The notes: generated from the sequence alone by a model not told the origin. 64,000 nucleotides of DNA from Patescibacteria group bacterium (GCA_038064835.1 JBBTSD010000001.1:100406-164405); one strand, 5' to 3'; positions 46,426 through 56,339 are shown, numbered from the stretch's first letter. Program-made: numbers and translations.

Positions 46426-47406
46426 TCAATGATTCTTGCTAGGGCGGAGTAGTGTATACCTACCGATCAGCCCGAATAAAGGGAGATCGGAAAGGATGCG
46501 TTTGAGAGATGTTTTCTCCGGAATAAATGGAGAATTTAGAAATAGGAAAATAATGAGCATCATTAGCGGGTTGAACTCGATGCCCATGGTGAGATAGGTG
46601 CCGATGTGGAACGCAAAAATAAATACTGCCCAGACGCGTTGCAGTGATGTGCGAATCATTACCCACCAAGAAAATGTTTGAACAAAAACGAGTGTCATGA
46701 AAGGAAACCATGCCCATTCAGGATTGTTGATAACCCACGGGGCGAGAAGTCCTTCGTGTTGGAGTTTTGGAATCCAATCGGCGACGATATAGCTGAAGTT
46801 GCCGATCGAGAGCGCATTGATTTCTCCGGCAAGGTTTTGTATGTAGGCGGCAATCATTTTATTGAGCCCGGCCATGGTGTAACTAAGAGTGACAATCGCT
46901 TGTGCACACCAGATAACCAAAAGAAACAGGCGCCGATTTTCGAAAGTATCTTTTTCGGTGCGCCAGATATTCGGTAGGAAAACAAAAATGAGCGTGGTGT
47001 ATACCCACATGTACCATTGGTGATTTATATATCCGAACGAGCTTTCAAGGGCGTGTGCTTGAACAAGTGCGAGGAAAACAAGTATTCGTGCGGCGCGGGT
47101 GTGGAAGAAAAAAACGCTGACAAATGCCGCCACAAAGAAAAGCGTTCGCACCAGCGCGAGAGTGGTTGCGTAATCAAAAGAAAACCATGTCGCCCATGCA
47201 ACGGGCCAGAGTGGCTCGAATCCAGGTCTGACACTGGTCGAGCTCATCAGATACTGAAAGGACAGATAGAGCAGGAAAGAGTAGTAGTAGAGCATCATGA
47301 CGCGCGCCGTTTCCATGATGCGATTGTCATGTGCCAAGGTGGTGAGTGAAGGTGGATAAAGATGTGCACGCACCCACAGCCAGTGTTTTTGGATGATGTG
47401 TGTCAT
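46426..47406 (-). CDS. HTTM-like multi-pass membrane protein
   Basis: Multi-TM; YTMAGLNK and FHIGTYLTMGIEF motifs resemble HTTM/SdpB-type proteins. Confidence 0.65.
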   Translation of the reverse strand: MTHIIQKHWLWVRAHLYPPSLTTLAHDNRIMETARVMMLYYYSFLLYLSFQYLMSSTSVRPGFEPLWPVAWATWFSFDYATTLALVRTLFFVAAFVSVFFFHTRAARILVFLALVQAHALESSFGYINHQWYMWVYTTLIFVFLPNIWRTEKDTFENRRLFLLVIWCAQAIVTLSYTMAGLNKMIAAYIQNLAGEINALSIGNFSYIVADWIPKLQHEGLLAPWVINNPEWAWFPFMTLVFVQTFSWWVMIRTSLQRVWAVFIFAFHIGTYLTMGIEFNPLMMLIIFLFLNSPFIPEKTSLKRILSDLPLFGLIGRYTLLRPSKNH

Positions 47407-47870
47407 GGTGCCTCGCCTGAAAAGGTGCCGAGCACCTCGTGGGTGGTGTATGTCTTACTTCGCCAGTACTCGACGGGATCATATTCGATGCGGAGTATGT
47501 CGTATGAAAAGCGCCCGGAGGGAAACAATAGCGAGAGCTTTTTTGACAGAAGGTCTATTGCACTTGTTTTGTTGTGTGCCAGAGCAATCCCCAAGTCGCG
47601 GATAATCGGCGTGTACTGGGTGGGGGATTGGCTGATCTTTTCAAAAAGAGGGCGGGTCTCGTTAAACGCGATTGGCGGGTTCTGCACCTTGCCTCCAACC
47701 GCAGTAATTTCCATAGTAAATGCTTCGCCCTTGTTTGGTGTGTAAGAAAAAAGAGACCATGAAAAGAAAGGATACACTTCTCCTTTTTGTGCAAACGATG
47801 TCATAAAGCCCAGTACGAAGTACATGGCAAGGAAACTAAAAATGACACCCTTGGCAATCGAGTATGGCAT
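47403..47870 (-). CDS. Membrane-anchored partner of the HTTM-like protein
   Basis: N-terminal TM then YPFFSWSLFS; overlaps the downstream gene start. Confidence 0.65.
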   Translation of the reverse strand: MPYSIAKGVIFSFLAMYFVLGFMTSFAQKGEVYPFFSWSLFSYTPNKGEAFTMEITAVGGKVQNPPIAFNETRPLFEKISQSPTQYTPIIRDLGIALAHNKTSAIDLLSKKLSLLFPSGRFSYDILRIEYDPVEYWRSKTYTTHEVLGTFSGEAP

Positions 47871-48037
47871 GGGGCGAATATAGCATATGATGCGTGGAAT
47901 TTAGAAAAGAAGCAAAAAGCTGTGTTCACGAAAGAGTTCCAATCAAGTTATATCCCCCTTGTCCTACATCTTGCAAAAATGCCAGGATTTGAGTGCTACA
48001 ATTTGTCTTATGAGGCTCCAGAAGCTCTCTTTTTCTC

Positions 48038-51000
48038 GTGCCTAAGATTTTAAAATTACTTTGCTTATTACTGCTAGTAATCACCACACTCGGGCCCGTG
48101 GGTGTTTTGTATGCTGCTCCAGGTGTGCCAACCATCTTGAGTTTCCAAGGGAGACTTACTGATTCATCAGGTAATCTTTTGGGGGGCTCTGGGACAGGCT
48201 ATTATTTCAAGTTTTCAATATGGGATTCACCGACGGTTGGTTCAGGAAATCGTCTCTGGCCGACAAGTGCGCCAGGAAGTGTTACAACGACAGTCCGGCA
48301 AGGAGTGTTTACTGTTAATGTTGGCGACACGGCAAATGGATTCCCCGACGCACTTACTTATGCGTTTGATTCTGAAACTATCTACCTACAAGTCGAGGTA
48401 TCATCAAACGGATCATCGTACGAAACCCTTTCCCCTCGTCAGCAAATTGCCGCATCAGCATTTGCGCGCGTCGCGGGAGCGGTAAGTGGGACGGGGCAAT
48501 CAGCAATTGGAACAACAACGCCACTAGCGAATACGGTCCTCACTGTTGAGGCGACATCATCTATCGCGACACCGCTCAGTATTCGCGGGGCTCCGAACCA
48601 GTCTGGCAGTCTTTTAACTATTTTGAGTTCTGTAGGATCGTCGCTTTTCTCGATCGGTAGTTCAGGTAGTCTGACAGCGCTCGCGGGCGCACTCTTCGGG
48701 AATGCTTCATCGACTCTTTTTTCAACACTTGACGGTTTGTATGTTGGACGGACGGCAACAACTACTATCCTTGGTTCGGCAACTTCTACTTTCGGCGCAG
48801 GTGTCTCCACTACCCGCCTCGAAACCACTTCCGCCTCGTCAACTATCAACGGCCTTCGTGTCACTGGGAACGGCTTGCAGATCGCCAGTCTCGTAAACTG
48901 TGCTGAAGCACTGGAAACAGATGCAAGCGGCAACATCGTCTGTGGCACTGATGCCACTGCCGCAGGTGCTGCGGATCCGTTCACTTTCGCAACGAACTAC
49001 GGCATAACCAACGCCGCCACTTCGTCACCGCTGTGGGCATTAGCAGGCATCAATGCATCCTCAACATCACATTTCGCCACTTTTGACGCTGTTGCAGGAA
49101 CCACTACCAACTTCGCCATCTCAAACATCGCCAGCTCTCTTCTTAAAACAAATGCAACAGGAGGAATCGTCCCTGCTATCGCTGGTACTGATTACCTCAC
49201 CAGCTCAAGCATATTCAGCTACCTCTTCCCATCAAATGCCACCAGTACTGCACTCTCATTCACCGGAGGCATCACTACCACCAACGCCTCCACCACCAAC
49301 CTCTCCGGCAACACTCTCGCCATCGGCGGCACCGCCACCACCACCATTGCAAACACCGGAGCCATCACTACACCAACCTTGACGATAGGTACGCTTACGG
49401 GTTTTCTGAAAGCAACAGCAGGAGTTGTTGCGGCTGCAGCCGTCAATGTGGCGGCAGATATTACTGGCATTCTCCCCACCGCAAACGGCGGCACCGGCTG
49501 GGGTAATGTACAAGCAAACACAGTTCTTCTTGGTAATGGTACTGGTGCGCTTGCCACCACTACAGCGGGTGCGAACGGGCAGGTCCTCGCCCTCGTCGGT
49601 GGTGTCCCAACATGGACTGCAACAACTACCTTATCCACTATCTCAGGAACCCTTGGTGTCGGTACTGGCGGTACCGGACAGACTACTTTTGCATATGGTC
49701 TGCTATCTTCACCTGGCGGTACCGACGCTCTTACTACTATCAGCACCTCGTCGCTTGGTCTGCTTACTACTGATATTACCGAAGGATCGAATCTCTACTA
49801 CACAACCACTCGTTTTGATAATCGCTTGTCAGCAACTACCTCACTTCCAAATATCACTACACTTACAAATCTTTCGATATCTGCGACACAACTCAGTAAT
49901 TTCGGTACCCCGTTCTACCAATTCTTTTCTGCAACTACGACAGACGCCCTTACACAAGGGAGTACCAACAAGTACTACAGCGACCCGCTCGTCCAAGCCT
50001 TTGTGCACGCGTCTTCTACTATTCCGAAAACATATACCGCAAACACTTTTACGGGGGCAAATACTTTCTCTTCGGCGTTAACTCTCAGTGGTCTGAACGG
50101 CCCTCTTGATGCAAGGAACGGTGTCGTTGGTGCTACCACTTCAGTTGGCGTTCTTTATGGAGGTACCGGACTCACCTCTGCGCCGTCAAACGGAAGCATC
50201 CTGCTAGGGAACTCTTCGGGTGGCTACTCAATTTCAGCCACCTCCTCGCTCGGTATCGCACTTGCTGACACCACCGGCACACTTGCGGTTGCACGAGGTG
50301 GCACAGGAGCAACCACACTCTCCGACCTCATCACCCTTGGCACACACACCTCTGGCAACTACCTCGCCACGCTCACCAATGCCGGCGGTCTCACCATCGC
50401 GAACTCAGGAGCAGAGACTGCAGCAGTCACCGCAGCACTCGATCTCACCAATGCAAACACCTGGACAGGGAAGCAGAACTTCTACGGCACTGCCTCATCA
50501 ACACTGTTCTCGGCGAACCGCGCTTATTTCGGAGGGACAGCGACAACATCAATCTCTGATGCGGGTGTACTCACTTTGGCCGGCCTTACCTCGACCCTAC
50601 TTAAAGCAGACAACAGTAATAATCTTGTCGCCGCTGTGGCAGGTGTTGATTATTCAAACTTCGCATATCTGTTTCCCGGCAACGCCACGACGACGGCACT
50701 CACTTTTTCGAACGGGATTTTATCATCTGCCTCCACCACAATCGGAGCAGGAACACAGGCGACAGGGCTCACCGTATCGGGAGGAGCAACGACGACGGGA
50801 AACTTGATTGTGCAGGGAACAGGAACATCGACATTTTCAGGTGGTCTGCAGGCAACGAATGTATACGCAACTGCCACATCAACGATGGCTGGAATCATAT
50901 CGCAGTCGATTGTTCCTAATGGGGATGCAACCTACGATTTAGGGTCTGCTACGAATCGTTTTAGAGACCTCTACCTATCTACCGCATCACTTCACCTTGA

Positions 51001-52885
51001 ATCGACAGCGGGCGAAACTGGTTCAGCAAAACAATGGAAGTTTGGTATCGATACCGATAATGGACAACAGACGGGAACCTCAACAGGATTTTTCCGTATT
51101 CAAGAAGGGAGCTCAGACATGTTTTATATAAATCATGGCGGCCAAATTGGTGTGGGAGTCAAAGATCCTCGTGCACGGTTGCACACAAAAGGAAACCCGT
51201 TCCTTTCAGGGTTTAGCGCAGGGACTATCTCTAGCTCGGGCACGGCTGTAACAGGAAGCGGTACAGGTTTCTTGTTCGGTTCGAACAAAATTAATGTGGG
51301 GGATCAGATTCTTTCGGATGGACAGATTCGTACTGTGACATCCGTGGTGAACAATACGAGTCTTGTTGTTGACTCGGCATTTTCCCCTGCACTAAGTGCG
51401 CACACTTACCAATTTCAGCAACCAATAGCACGATTTGACACCAGTGCAGGTGACACGCGTTTTATTATCGGCCCTGGTGGAAATGTGGGCATTGGTGATT
51501 TAAATCCACAAGGTCTTTTCTCTGTCGGTGCAGGTGATGCGTTCTTTATAAATTCACTTGGAACGGTTGCGAGTGGCACATGGAATGGACAGCGAATTGG
51601 TGCGCTCTACGGCGGTACGGGCTCCACAACACTTTCAGGAATCCTGATCGGCAACGGTGTTAATCCAGTTGGGACGCTTACTGTTGGGTCAGGCCTTTCG
51701 CTTACGGGCACAACGCTCTCGACGAGCGGTGCGGGAATCACCTCAATCGGCTCGTCTGGTCAGCAACAGACAGGTGGAACGCAAGCATTTGCGACATCAA
51801 CAAGTGTAACAAATGGGCTTGTCTCAGGGATAACAATCGTTGGAAATAGCAATACTCACACATTCACTCCATCACTGTCAGGAGTACTGACTGTTGCAGG
51901 AGGCGGCACCGGAGGCACCTCGTTCTCCTACGGTCTCGTCTCCTCACCAGGAGGCACCAGTGCACTCACCAACATCGCGACCTCCTCGCTCGGTCTCCTC
52001 ACTACCGATGTCGCTGAAGGCACCAACCAGTACTACACAGACACCCGTGTGAACACCTATATCAACGCCTCCACCACCATTCCCAAGACATACACTGCCA
52101 ACACATTCACCAACACCAACTCGTTCACCAGTGCACTGATGGCAACAGGAGGATTCCTCTCAAGCGCATCATCCACCATCAATGGCTCACTCGTCGTCAC
52201 CGGTACTGCCACCTCCACCACGCTCGCCGTCACCGGAGTCACCTCATCACTCTTGAAAACAAACTCACTCGGACAAGTCGTCGCCGCAGTCGCTGGCACT
52301 GACTACACAAACTTCGGCTACCTCTTCCCCGCAAATGCCACCACCACCGCACTCTCATTCACCGGAGGCATCACTACCACCAACGCCTCCACCACCAACC
52401 TCTCCGGAAACACCCTCGCCATCGGCGGCACCGCCACCACTTCTATATCAAACACCGGCGTCCTCACACTCCCCGTTGCACTCAGTGCGTCATCAGGTGG
52501 TACGGGCATCTCGTCCGTCTCTGCCGCCCAAATCTTGCTGGGGAACTATGCGGGCACTGGCTGGCAACAACTCGCCACTTCCTCCCTCGGTCTCCTCACC
52601 ACGAATGTCGCAGAGGGAAGCAATCAATATTTCACCAACGCACGCGTACAAACATATCTCGACTCCGTCACCAAAGGATTCTTCTTTGCCACCACTTCCG
52701 CTGACTACTGGGAGACACAGCAGACAGCGCGCTCTGCAGACGACCTCACCAACAACAGTATTGAAGATCTCTCTAGTGAACGAGTAAAGTCGGCTGTCGA
52801 GACTTATCCCGAGTTTTATCTTGTCAAAAGCGACTGGTCTCTCGAAAACATTGTTGCGAAAATTAAAGAAATGCTTGTCGTCTAG
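48038..52885 (+). CDS. Large secreted Thr/Ser/Gly-rich surface protein (1615 aa) with internal repeats
   Basis: Signal peptide, FQGRLTD N-terminal module, repeated GGTG, ATSSLGLLTT..EG and YLFP.NAT motifs. Confidence 0.85.
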   Translation: MPKILKLLCLLLLVITTLGPVGVLYAAPGVPTILSFQGRLTDSSGNLLGGSGTGYYFKFSIWDSPTVGSGNRLWPTSAPGSVTTTVRQGVFTVNVGDTANGFPDALTYAFDSETIYLQVEVSSNGSSYETLSPRQQIAASAFARVAGAVSGTGQSAIGTTTPLANTVLTVEATSSIATPLSIRGAPNQSGSLLTILSSVGSSLFSIGSSGSLTALAGALFGNASSTLFSTLDGLYVGRTATTTILGSATSTFGAGVSTTRLETTSASSTINGLRVTGNGLQIASLVNCAEALETDASGNIVCGTDATAAGAADPFTFATNYGITNAATSSPLWALAGINASSTSHFATFDAVAGTTTNFAISNIASSLLKTNATGGIVPAIAGTDYLTSSSIFSYLFPSNATSTALSFTGGITTTNASTTNLSGNTLAIGGTATTTIANTGAITTPTLTIGTLTGFLKATAGVVAAAAVNVAADITGILPTANGGTGWGNVQANTVLLGNGTGALATTTAGANGQVLALVGGVPTWTATTTLSTISGTLGVGTGGTGQTTFAYGLLSSPGGTDALTTISTSSLGLLTTDITEGSNLYYTTTRFDNRLSATTSLPNITTLTNLSISATQLSNFGTPFYQFFSATTTDALTQGSTNKYYSDPLVQAFVHASSTIPKTYTANTFTGANTFSSALTLSGLNGPLDARNGVVGATTSVGVLYGGTGLTSAPSNGSILLGNSSGGYSISATSSLGIALADTTGTLAVARGGTGATTLSDLITLGTHTSGNYLATLTNAGGLTIANSGAETAAVTAALDLTNANTWTGKQNFYGTASSTLFSANRAYFGGTATTSISDAGVLTLAGLTSTLLKADNSNNLVAAVAGVDYSNFAYLFPGNATTTALTFSNGILSSASTTIGAGTQATGLTVSGGATTTGNLIVQGTGTSTFSGGLQATNVYATATSTMAGIISQSIVPNGDATYDLGSATNRFRDLYLSTASLHLESTAGETGSAKQWKFGIDTDNGQQTGTSTGFFRIQEGSSDMFYINHGGQIGVGVKDPRARLHTKGNPFLSGFSAGTISSSGTAVTGSGTGFLFGSNKINVGDQILSDGQIRTVTSVVNNTSLVVDSAFSPALSAHTYQFQQPIARFDTSAGDTRFIIGPGGNVGIGDLNPQGLFSVGAGDAFFINSLGTVASGTWNGQRIGALYGGTGSTTLSGILIGNGVNPVGTLTVGSGLSLTGTTLSTSGAGITSIGSSGQQQTGGTQAFATSTSVTNGLVSGITIVGNSNTHTFTPSLSGVLTVAGGGTGGTSFSYGLVSSPGGTSALTNIATSSLGLLTTDVAEGTNQYYTDTRVNTYINASTTIPKTYTANTFTNTNSFTSALMATGGFLSSASSTINGSLVVTGTATSTTLAVTGVTSSLLKTNSLGQVVAAVAGTDYTNFGYLFPANATTTALSFTGGITTTNASTTNLSGNTLAIGGTATTSISNTGVLTLPVALSASSGGTGISSVSAAQILLGNYAGTGWQQLATSSLGLLTTNVAEGSNQYFTNARVQTYLDSVTKGFFFATTSADYWETQQTARSADDLTNNSIEDLSSERVKSAVETYPEFYLVKSDWSLENIVAKIKEMLVV
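49219..49340 (+). repeat. ~120-bp intragenic direct repeat (second copy 52317-52440)
   Basis: GCACTCTCATTCACCGGAGGCATCACTACCACCAACGCCTCCACCACCAACCTCTCCGG identical in both copies. Confidence 0.9.
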
Positions 52886-52911
52886 CGTGAGGAACTTTAT
52901 TTTTTGAGAGT

Positions 52912-53400
52912 ATGACTGTCGAGATTCTCAACGACTATCGATGCTCGTGTGGGAAGCTTCTTTTTCGCGGGATGGTACTCACGGGGAGTATTGAAATCAA
53001 ATGTCGCTATTGCAAACGAGTGGAAACAGTCGATGGTTTGATGGAAAAAGGATCTGACCCTGACCGCTACACCCTCATAATCGGAAGAGAAGGGGAAATT
53101 TACAATTCGACACAAGAAGCCTCGCGGGCTCTCGGATATCTGCATTCAGAGCTATCTGCAAGGCGTGTTCAAGATATTGTCTTATTGCCTCATGACGAGG
53201 CATACCAATCTATTCTTCAAAAGCTTGATGGTGGTCAGGTATCAGTCCTTTTCCATTCGTTTGTGAAGCATAAAAATCGTGCCATGATTCCTGTGCAAAT
53301 AACAGCGTGTTTATTTTCAACTCCAGATGGTCAGTGTATCCTTTTTAATATAGAGCATAAAACGGTACGGAACAGAGCACATCGGCTTCAAGAAGCATAG
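52912..53400 (+). CDS. Com-like Zn-ribbon plus PAS-like domain protein
   Basis: RCSCGKLLF...IEIKCRYCK, then EGEIYNS..ASRALGY..EL and KHKN..MIPVQIT PAS signatures. Confidence 0.7.
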   Translation: MTVEILNDYRCSCGKLLFRGMVLTGSIEIKCRYCKRVETVDGLMEKGSDPDRYTLIIGREGEIYNSTQEASRALGYLHSELSARRVQDIVLLPHDEAYQSILQKLDGGQVSVLFHSFVKHKNRAMIPVQITACLFSTPDGQCILFNIEHKTVRNRAHRLQEA

Positions 53401-53419
53401 TTTTTTTGTCCGACAAAGT

Positions 53420-53471
53420 AAAAACACCCGCTTGCGCGGATGTTTTTACTTTGTGGAGATGGCGGGAATTG
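53420..53471 (-). repeat. 52-bp duplicate of the tmRNA 3' end plus terminator (other copy 53624-53675)
   Basis: One mismatch in 52 bp by direct comparison. Confidence 0.9.
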
Positions 53472-53657
53472 GTCACCAGTATTTTTCCTGACGGAAAAAT
53501 CTCGCGACCCCGGCTCGCGGTTTTTGCCTTTCCTACGCGTTGCTCCGGAAAACAAAAACAACGCTGCGCCTTTCAATTCCCGTCGAAAGGTGCGCAGGCA
53601 CCTTTCTCCATCTCCCCATACGCAAAAACACCCGCTGGCGCGGATGTTTTTACTTTG

Positions 53658-54045
53658 TGGAGATGGCGGGAATTGAACCCGCGTCCAAAGGAGGAGTAGC
53701 TGATCGGTGTACACAAGGTAGTTCATTTGATTTTGTTTAAACGCAGGATGTGTGAAATGAGCAAAATCATCACGCGTCGAGCTTTCTTTCTTTAGTCAGT
53801 ATCTTGAAGCATCAGACACTGACGAATCCGGCATATATGACATGTACGGCATCTTGTCGGATGAAGATGAGTACACGGCCGCTTAGGCTAATGCGTAAGC
53901 GAAGCTGAGATCTTTCACCTGAATCGGTGAAAGGAACCCCCGTGCGGTTTTATTTGCACTTAGATTTTGAACAGTTTAAAGAAGATGTTCACTTCTCTTG
54001 TGCCTTTCAAGCTCTCGAATCTCCCTGTCGAAGCCAATCATCCCC
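53658..54045 (-). ncRNA. ssrA: tmRNA; tag reading frame ANKTARGFLSPIQVKDLSFAYALA* (53957-53883)
   Basis: 5' GGGGATGA...TTCGAC; 3' GCGGGTTCAATTCCCGCCATCTCCA; tag ends YALA; close to smpB. Confidence 0.93.
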
Positions 54046-54119
54046 CGTGAGATACCAAATCTGTTGTGCGTTGAGTCTCGAGCATAACGGTAATGTGTGT
54101 TCTCTTTTACTCTGCATTA

Positions 54120-54619
54120 TGTCGGGCTTACGAAGTCCGACAGGTTGTTTAATATCTCATGGGGAAGGACTCGCTACCATGTTGGACTTCGTAAGTCCAA
54201 CATGGTACGGGTGGCGAGTTGTAGCGAGTTGTAGAAAACGAATGCTTGAGTGTGGAGAGGAGCTGTGGCGGCTCCTCCCTGTAGTGCTGCGTGGGCTGGG
54301 TTAGCGGAACAAGTGTCCCGCGAGGCCGAGGGGGCTGCCCGCGTAGGCGGCATCCTCGTCATCGCGCGTGGGCTCGATGAAGGCGCGAGCCTTCGCGCTC
54401 CCGCCGCCGAGCGTGTCGTAGCGGGCGTCACGAGTGGCGTAGGTGGCCTTGCGGGCCTCCTCGCGCAGGTCGCGTTCGACAGCGCGTTTCCAATCGCGGT
54501 CCATGCAGTAACCAACATTCCCATTCATAGTCATTGCAAACACTCCTTGGTTCACTTGGTTGCCACACTTAAGCATTCGTTTATTGTCAAAAATCTATGT
54601 TCGACTTCGTAAGTCGAAC
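54120..54619. repeat. Three REP-like hairpins sharing a CTTCGTAAG core (54120-54142, 54175-54207, 54599-54619)
   Basis: TGTCGGGCTTACGAAGTCCGACA; TACCATGTTGGACTTCGTAAGTCCAACATGGTA; GTTCGACTTCGTAAGTCGAAC. Confidence 0.8.
54301..54534 (-). CDS. Small hypothetical protein (GC-rich)
   Basis: AAGGAG RBS before ATG at 54534; C/G-ending codons. Confidence 0.5.
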   Translation of the reverse strand: MTMNGNVGYCMDRDWKRAVERDLREEARKATYATRDARYDTLGGGSAKARAFIEPTRDDEDAAYAGSPLGLAGHLFR

Positions 54620-54621
54620 GG

Positions 54622-55062
54622 CTATTGTTTTGAAGCTCGGCGCATCGCACGATCTTCGTCGCGCTTCTTGATATCCTGCCGCTTATCATACTTCTTTTTT
54701 CCGCGGGCGATACCCAGAGAGAGCTTCAAATTTCTCCCCTTATTATACACCGAAAGTGGCACTATTGTCAATCCCCCTGTTCGTTCAGCTTCAGAAACCT
54801 GTTCAATTTGGCTTTTCGATAAGAGAAGCTTTCGAGGGCGCTCAGAATCGTAGGTCTTTGGGGCATTGGCTACCTGCCAAGCAGGGATGGTAACCCCTAC
54901 CAAAAAAGCCTCGCTACCGCGTGCGATTATACGCCCACCGTCCAAGGAGCCCTGTCCTTTGCGGATGGATTTGACTTCATATCCGAAAAGTACCAAACCC
55001 GCCTCGATTGTTTCGAGGATTTCGTAATTCAGTCGCACTTTTTTGTTTTCCAAGAGGGCCAT
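54622..55062 (-). CDS. smpB: SsrA-binding protein
   Basis: EAGLVLFGYEVKSIR, RKLLL, GKKKYDKRQDIK. Confidence 0.97.
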   Translation of the reverse strand: MALLENKKVRLNYEILETIEAGLVLFGYEVKSIRKGQGSLDGGRIIARGSEAFLVGVTIPAWQVANAPKTYDSERPRKLLLSKSQIEQVSEAERTGGLTIVPLSVYNKGRNLKLSLGIARGKKKYDKRQDIKKRDEDRAMRRASKQ

Positions 55063-55304
55063 GCTGAAACTATACCATCGACAAGTAAGGTCTGAACAAA
55101 AGTCGTAGAAAATTGTGGCTGGAGCGACGAAGAAAAAAGTGAAATATATCCGTAGATACATTGAGCTTTTTTCTTCGAGCTATAGCATATTTTCAAGACT
55201 TGGTGTTCAGAGATTAGTTGGAGATGGTATTACCACAAACGAGGAGAAAGCGAACGCATTTCCCAATCTTCTTGGTACTATGGAATCAGACAAGAGAGGT
55301 CTTC

Positions 55305-56297
55305 ATGCAATATGTTGGAAATACGGAGGTACTCGCTAATTTTCTACGCAAACAACTGGCGATAGAAAGAGGAGAAAAATCACGCATTCGTCCGGCGATT
55401 GTTGTGCTTGGCGGAGGCATGTCGGGTGTGGTGAGTGCAGGAATGCTCAAGGCACTTCACGAAGTAGCACCACAAGCACCACATGTATGTGCCGGCGTGT
55501 CGGCTGGATCGGGCAATCTGTACGGGTTTCTCGCGGGTGTTCCCGACCTCACTTTGAAAGTGTATGAACATCTTGCAACAAGCGGTTTTGTGACCGGTCC
55601 CTGGTGGAGGATGCGCATGGAGATTGATTTGGTGTGCAGGATTTTGCGTACAGGATTTGAAGACATCATTCCTGATCAGAATGACATCATAATGCATCGT
55701 TCCGAATTCGTGGTGTTCGCTACCGAATATAGTACTGGTCTTGGTCTTGCGATTGATGCAAAGAAAGCTGAGCCAGACATTGTTGAGGCAGTGCGCGCAT
55801 CCATGATGGCTCCGGGAATTTGTTCAGGCACAGTGCACATCGGCGGGAAAGAGTATGTCGATGGTGCGTGCGGCATGCCGTTTCCGGTACGCACTATCGC
55901 GCGTACCTATCGACCTACCGATGTTCTCATTCTGTTCAATCAACCACTGCCAGAAAAGATGGGTTGGGTCGAATGGCTCCTGTTCCCGATTTTTGCGCGA
56001 GTCATTTTGTTGCTTCATGGTGTGTCGCGTCCGGTACGAGATCGCACTGCCGCGATGGATAAAGTGATGGCGTATGAAATCCGTATGCTCAAACGCGAAC
56101 GCGGCAGTGCGTGGTGGCCGTGGCGCGCACAACCAAAGCCACGACAGCACATTCGCTGGATTATGATCGCACCGGACGCATCCGAGACAGTCTCCCAGCG
56201 TTCGGCTGACAAGGTTGCAATTAAGCGGGCAGGTGAGCTTGCGTATGCCAACACCGTACGCTTGATTAGTGTGGTGCGAGAGAGATTCAAGATATAA
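55305..56297 (+). CDS. Patatin-like phospholipase
   Basis: GGGMSG, GVSAG, YVDGA. Confidence 0.88.
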   Translation: MQYVGNTEVLANFLRKQLAIERGEKSRIRPAIVVLGGGMSGVVSAGMLKALHEVAPQAPHVCAGVSAGSGNLYGFLAGVPDLTLKVYEHLATSGFVTGPWWRMRMEIDLVCRILRTGFEDIIPDQNDIIMHRSEFVVFATEYSTGLGLAIDAKKAEPDIVEAVRASMMAPGICSGTVHIGGKEYVDGACGMPFPVRTIARTYRPTDVLILFNQPLPEKMGWVEWLLFPIFARVILLLHGVSRPVRDRTAAMDKVMAYEIRMLKRERGSAWWPWRAQPKPRQHIRWIMIAPDASETVSQRSADKVAIKRAGELAYANTVRLISVVRERFKI

Positions 56298-56339
56298 GGC
56301 GCACAAGAAATTTGTGCGCCTTTGTGGTACAATATTTGC

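Noticed and set aside
53388-54304. Several ORFs over the tmRNA region
   Set aside because: Explained by tmRNA, its duplicated end and hairpins.
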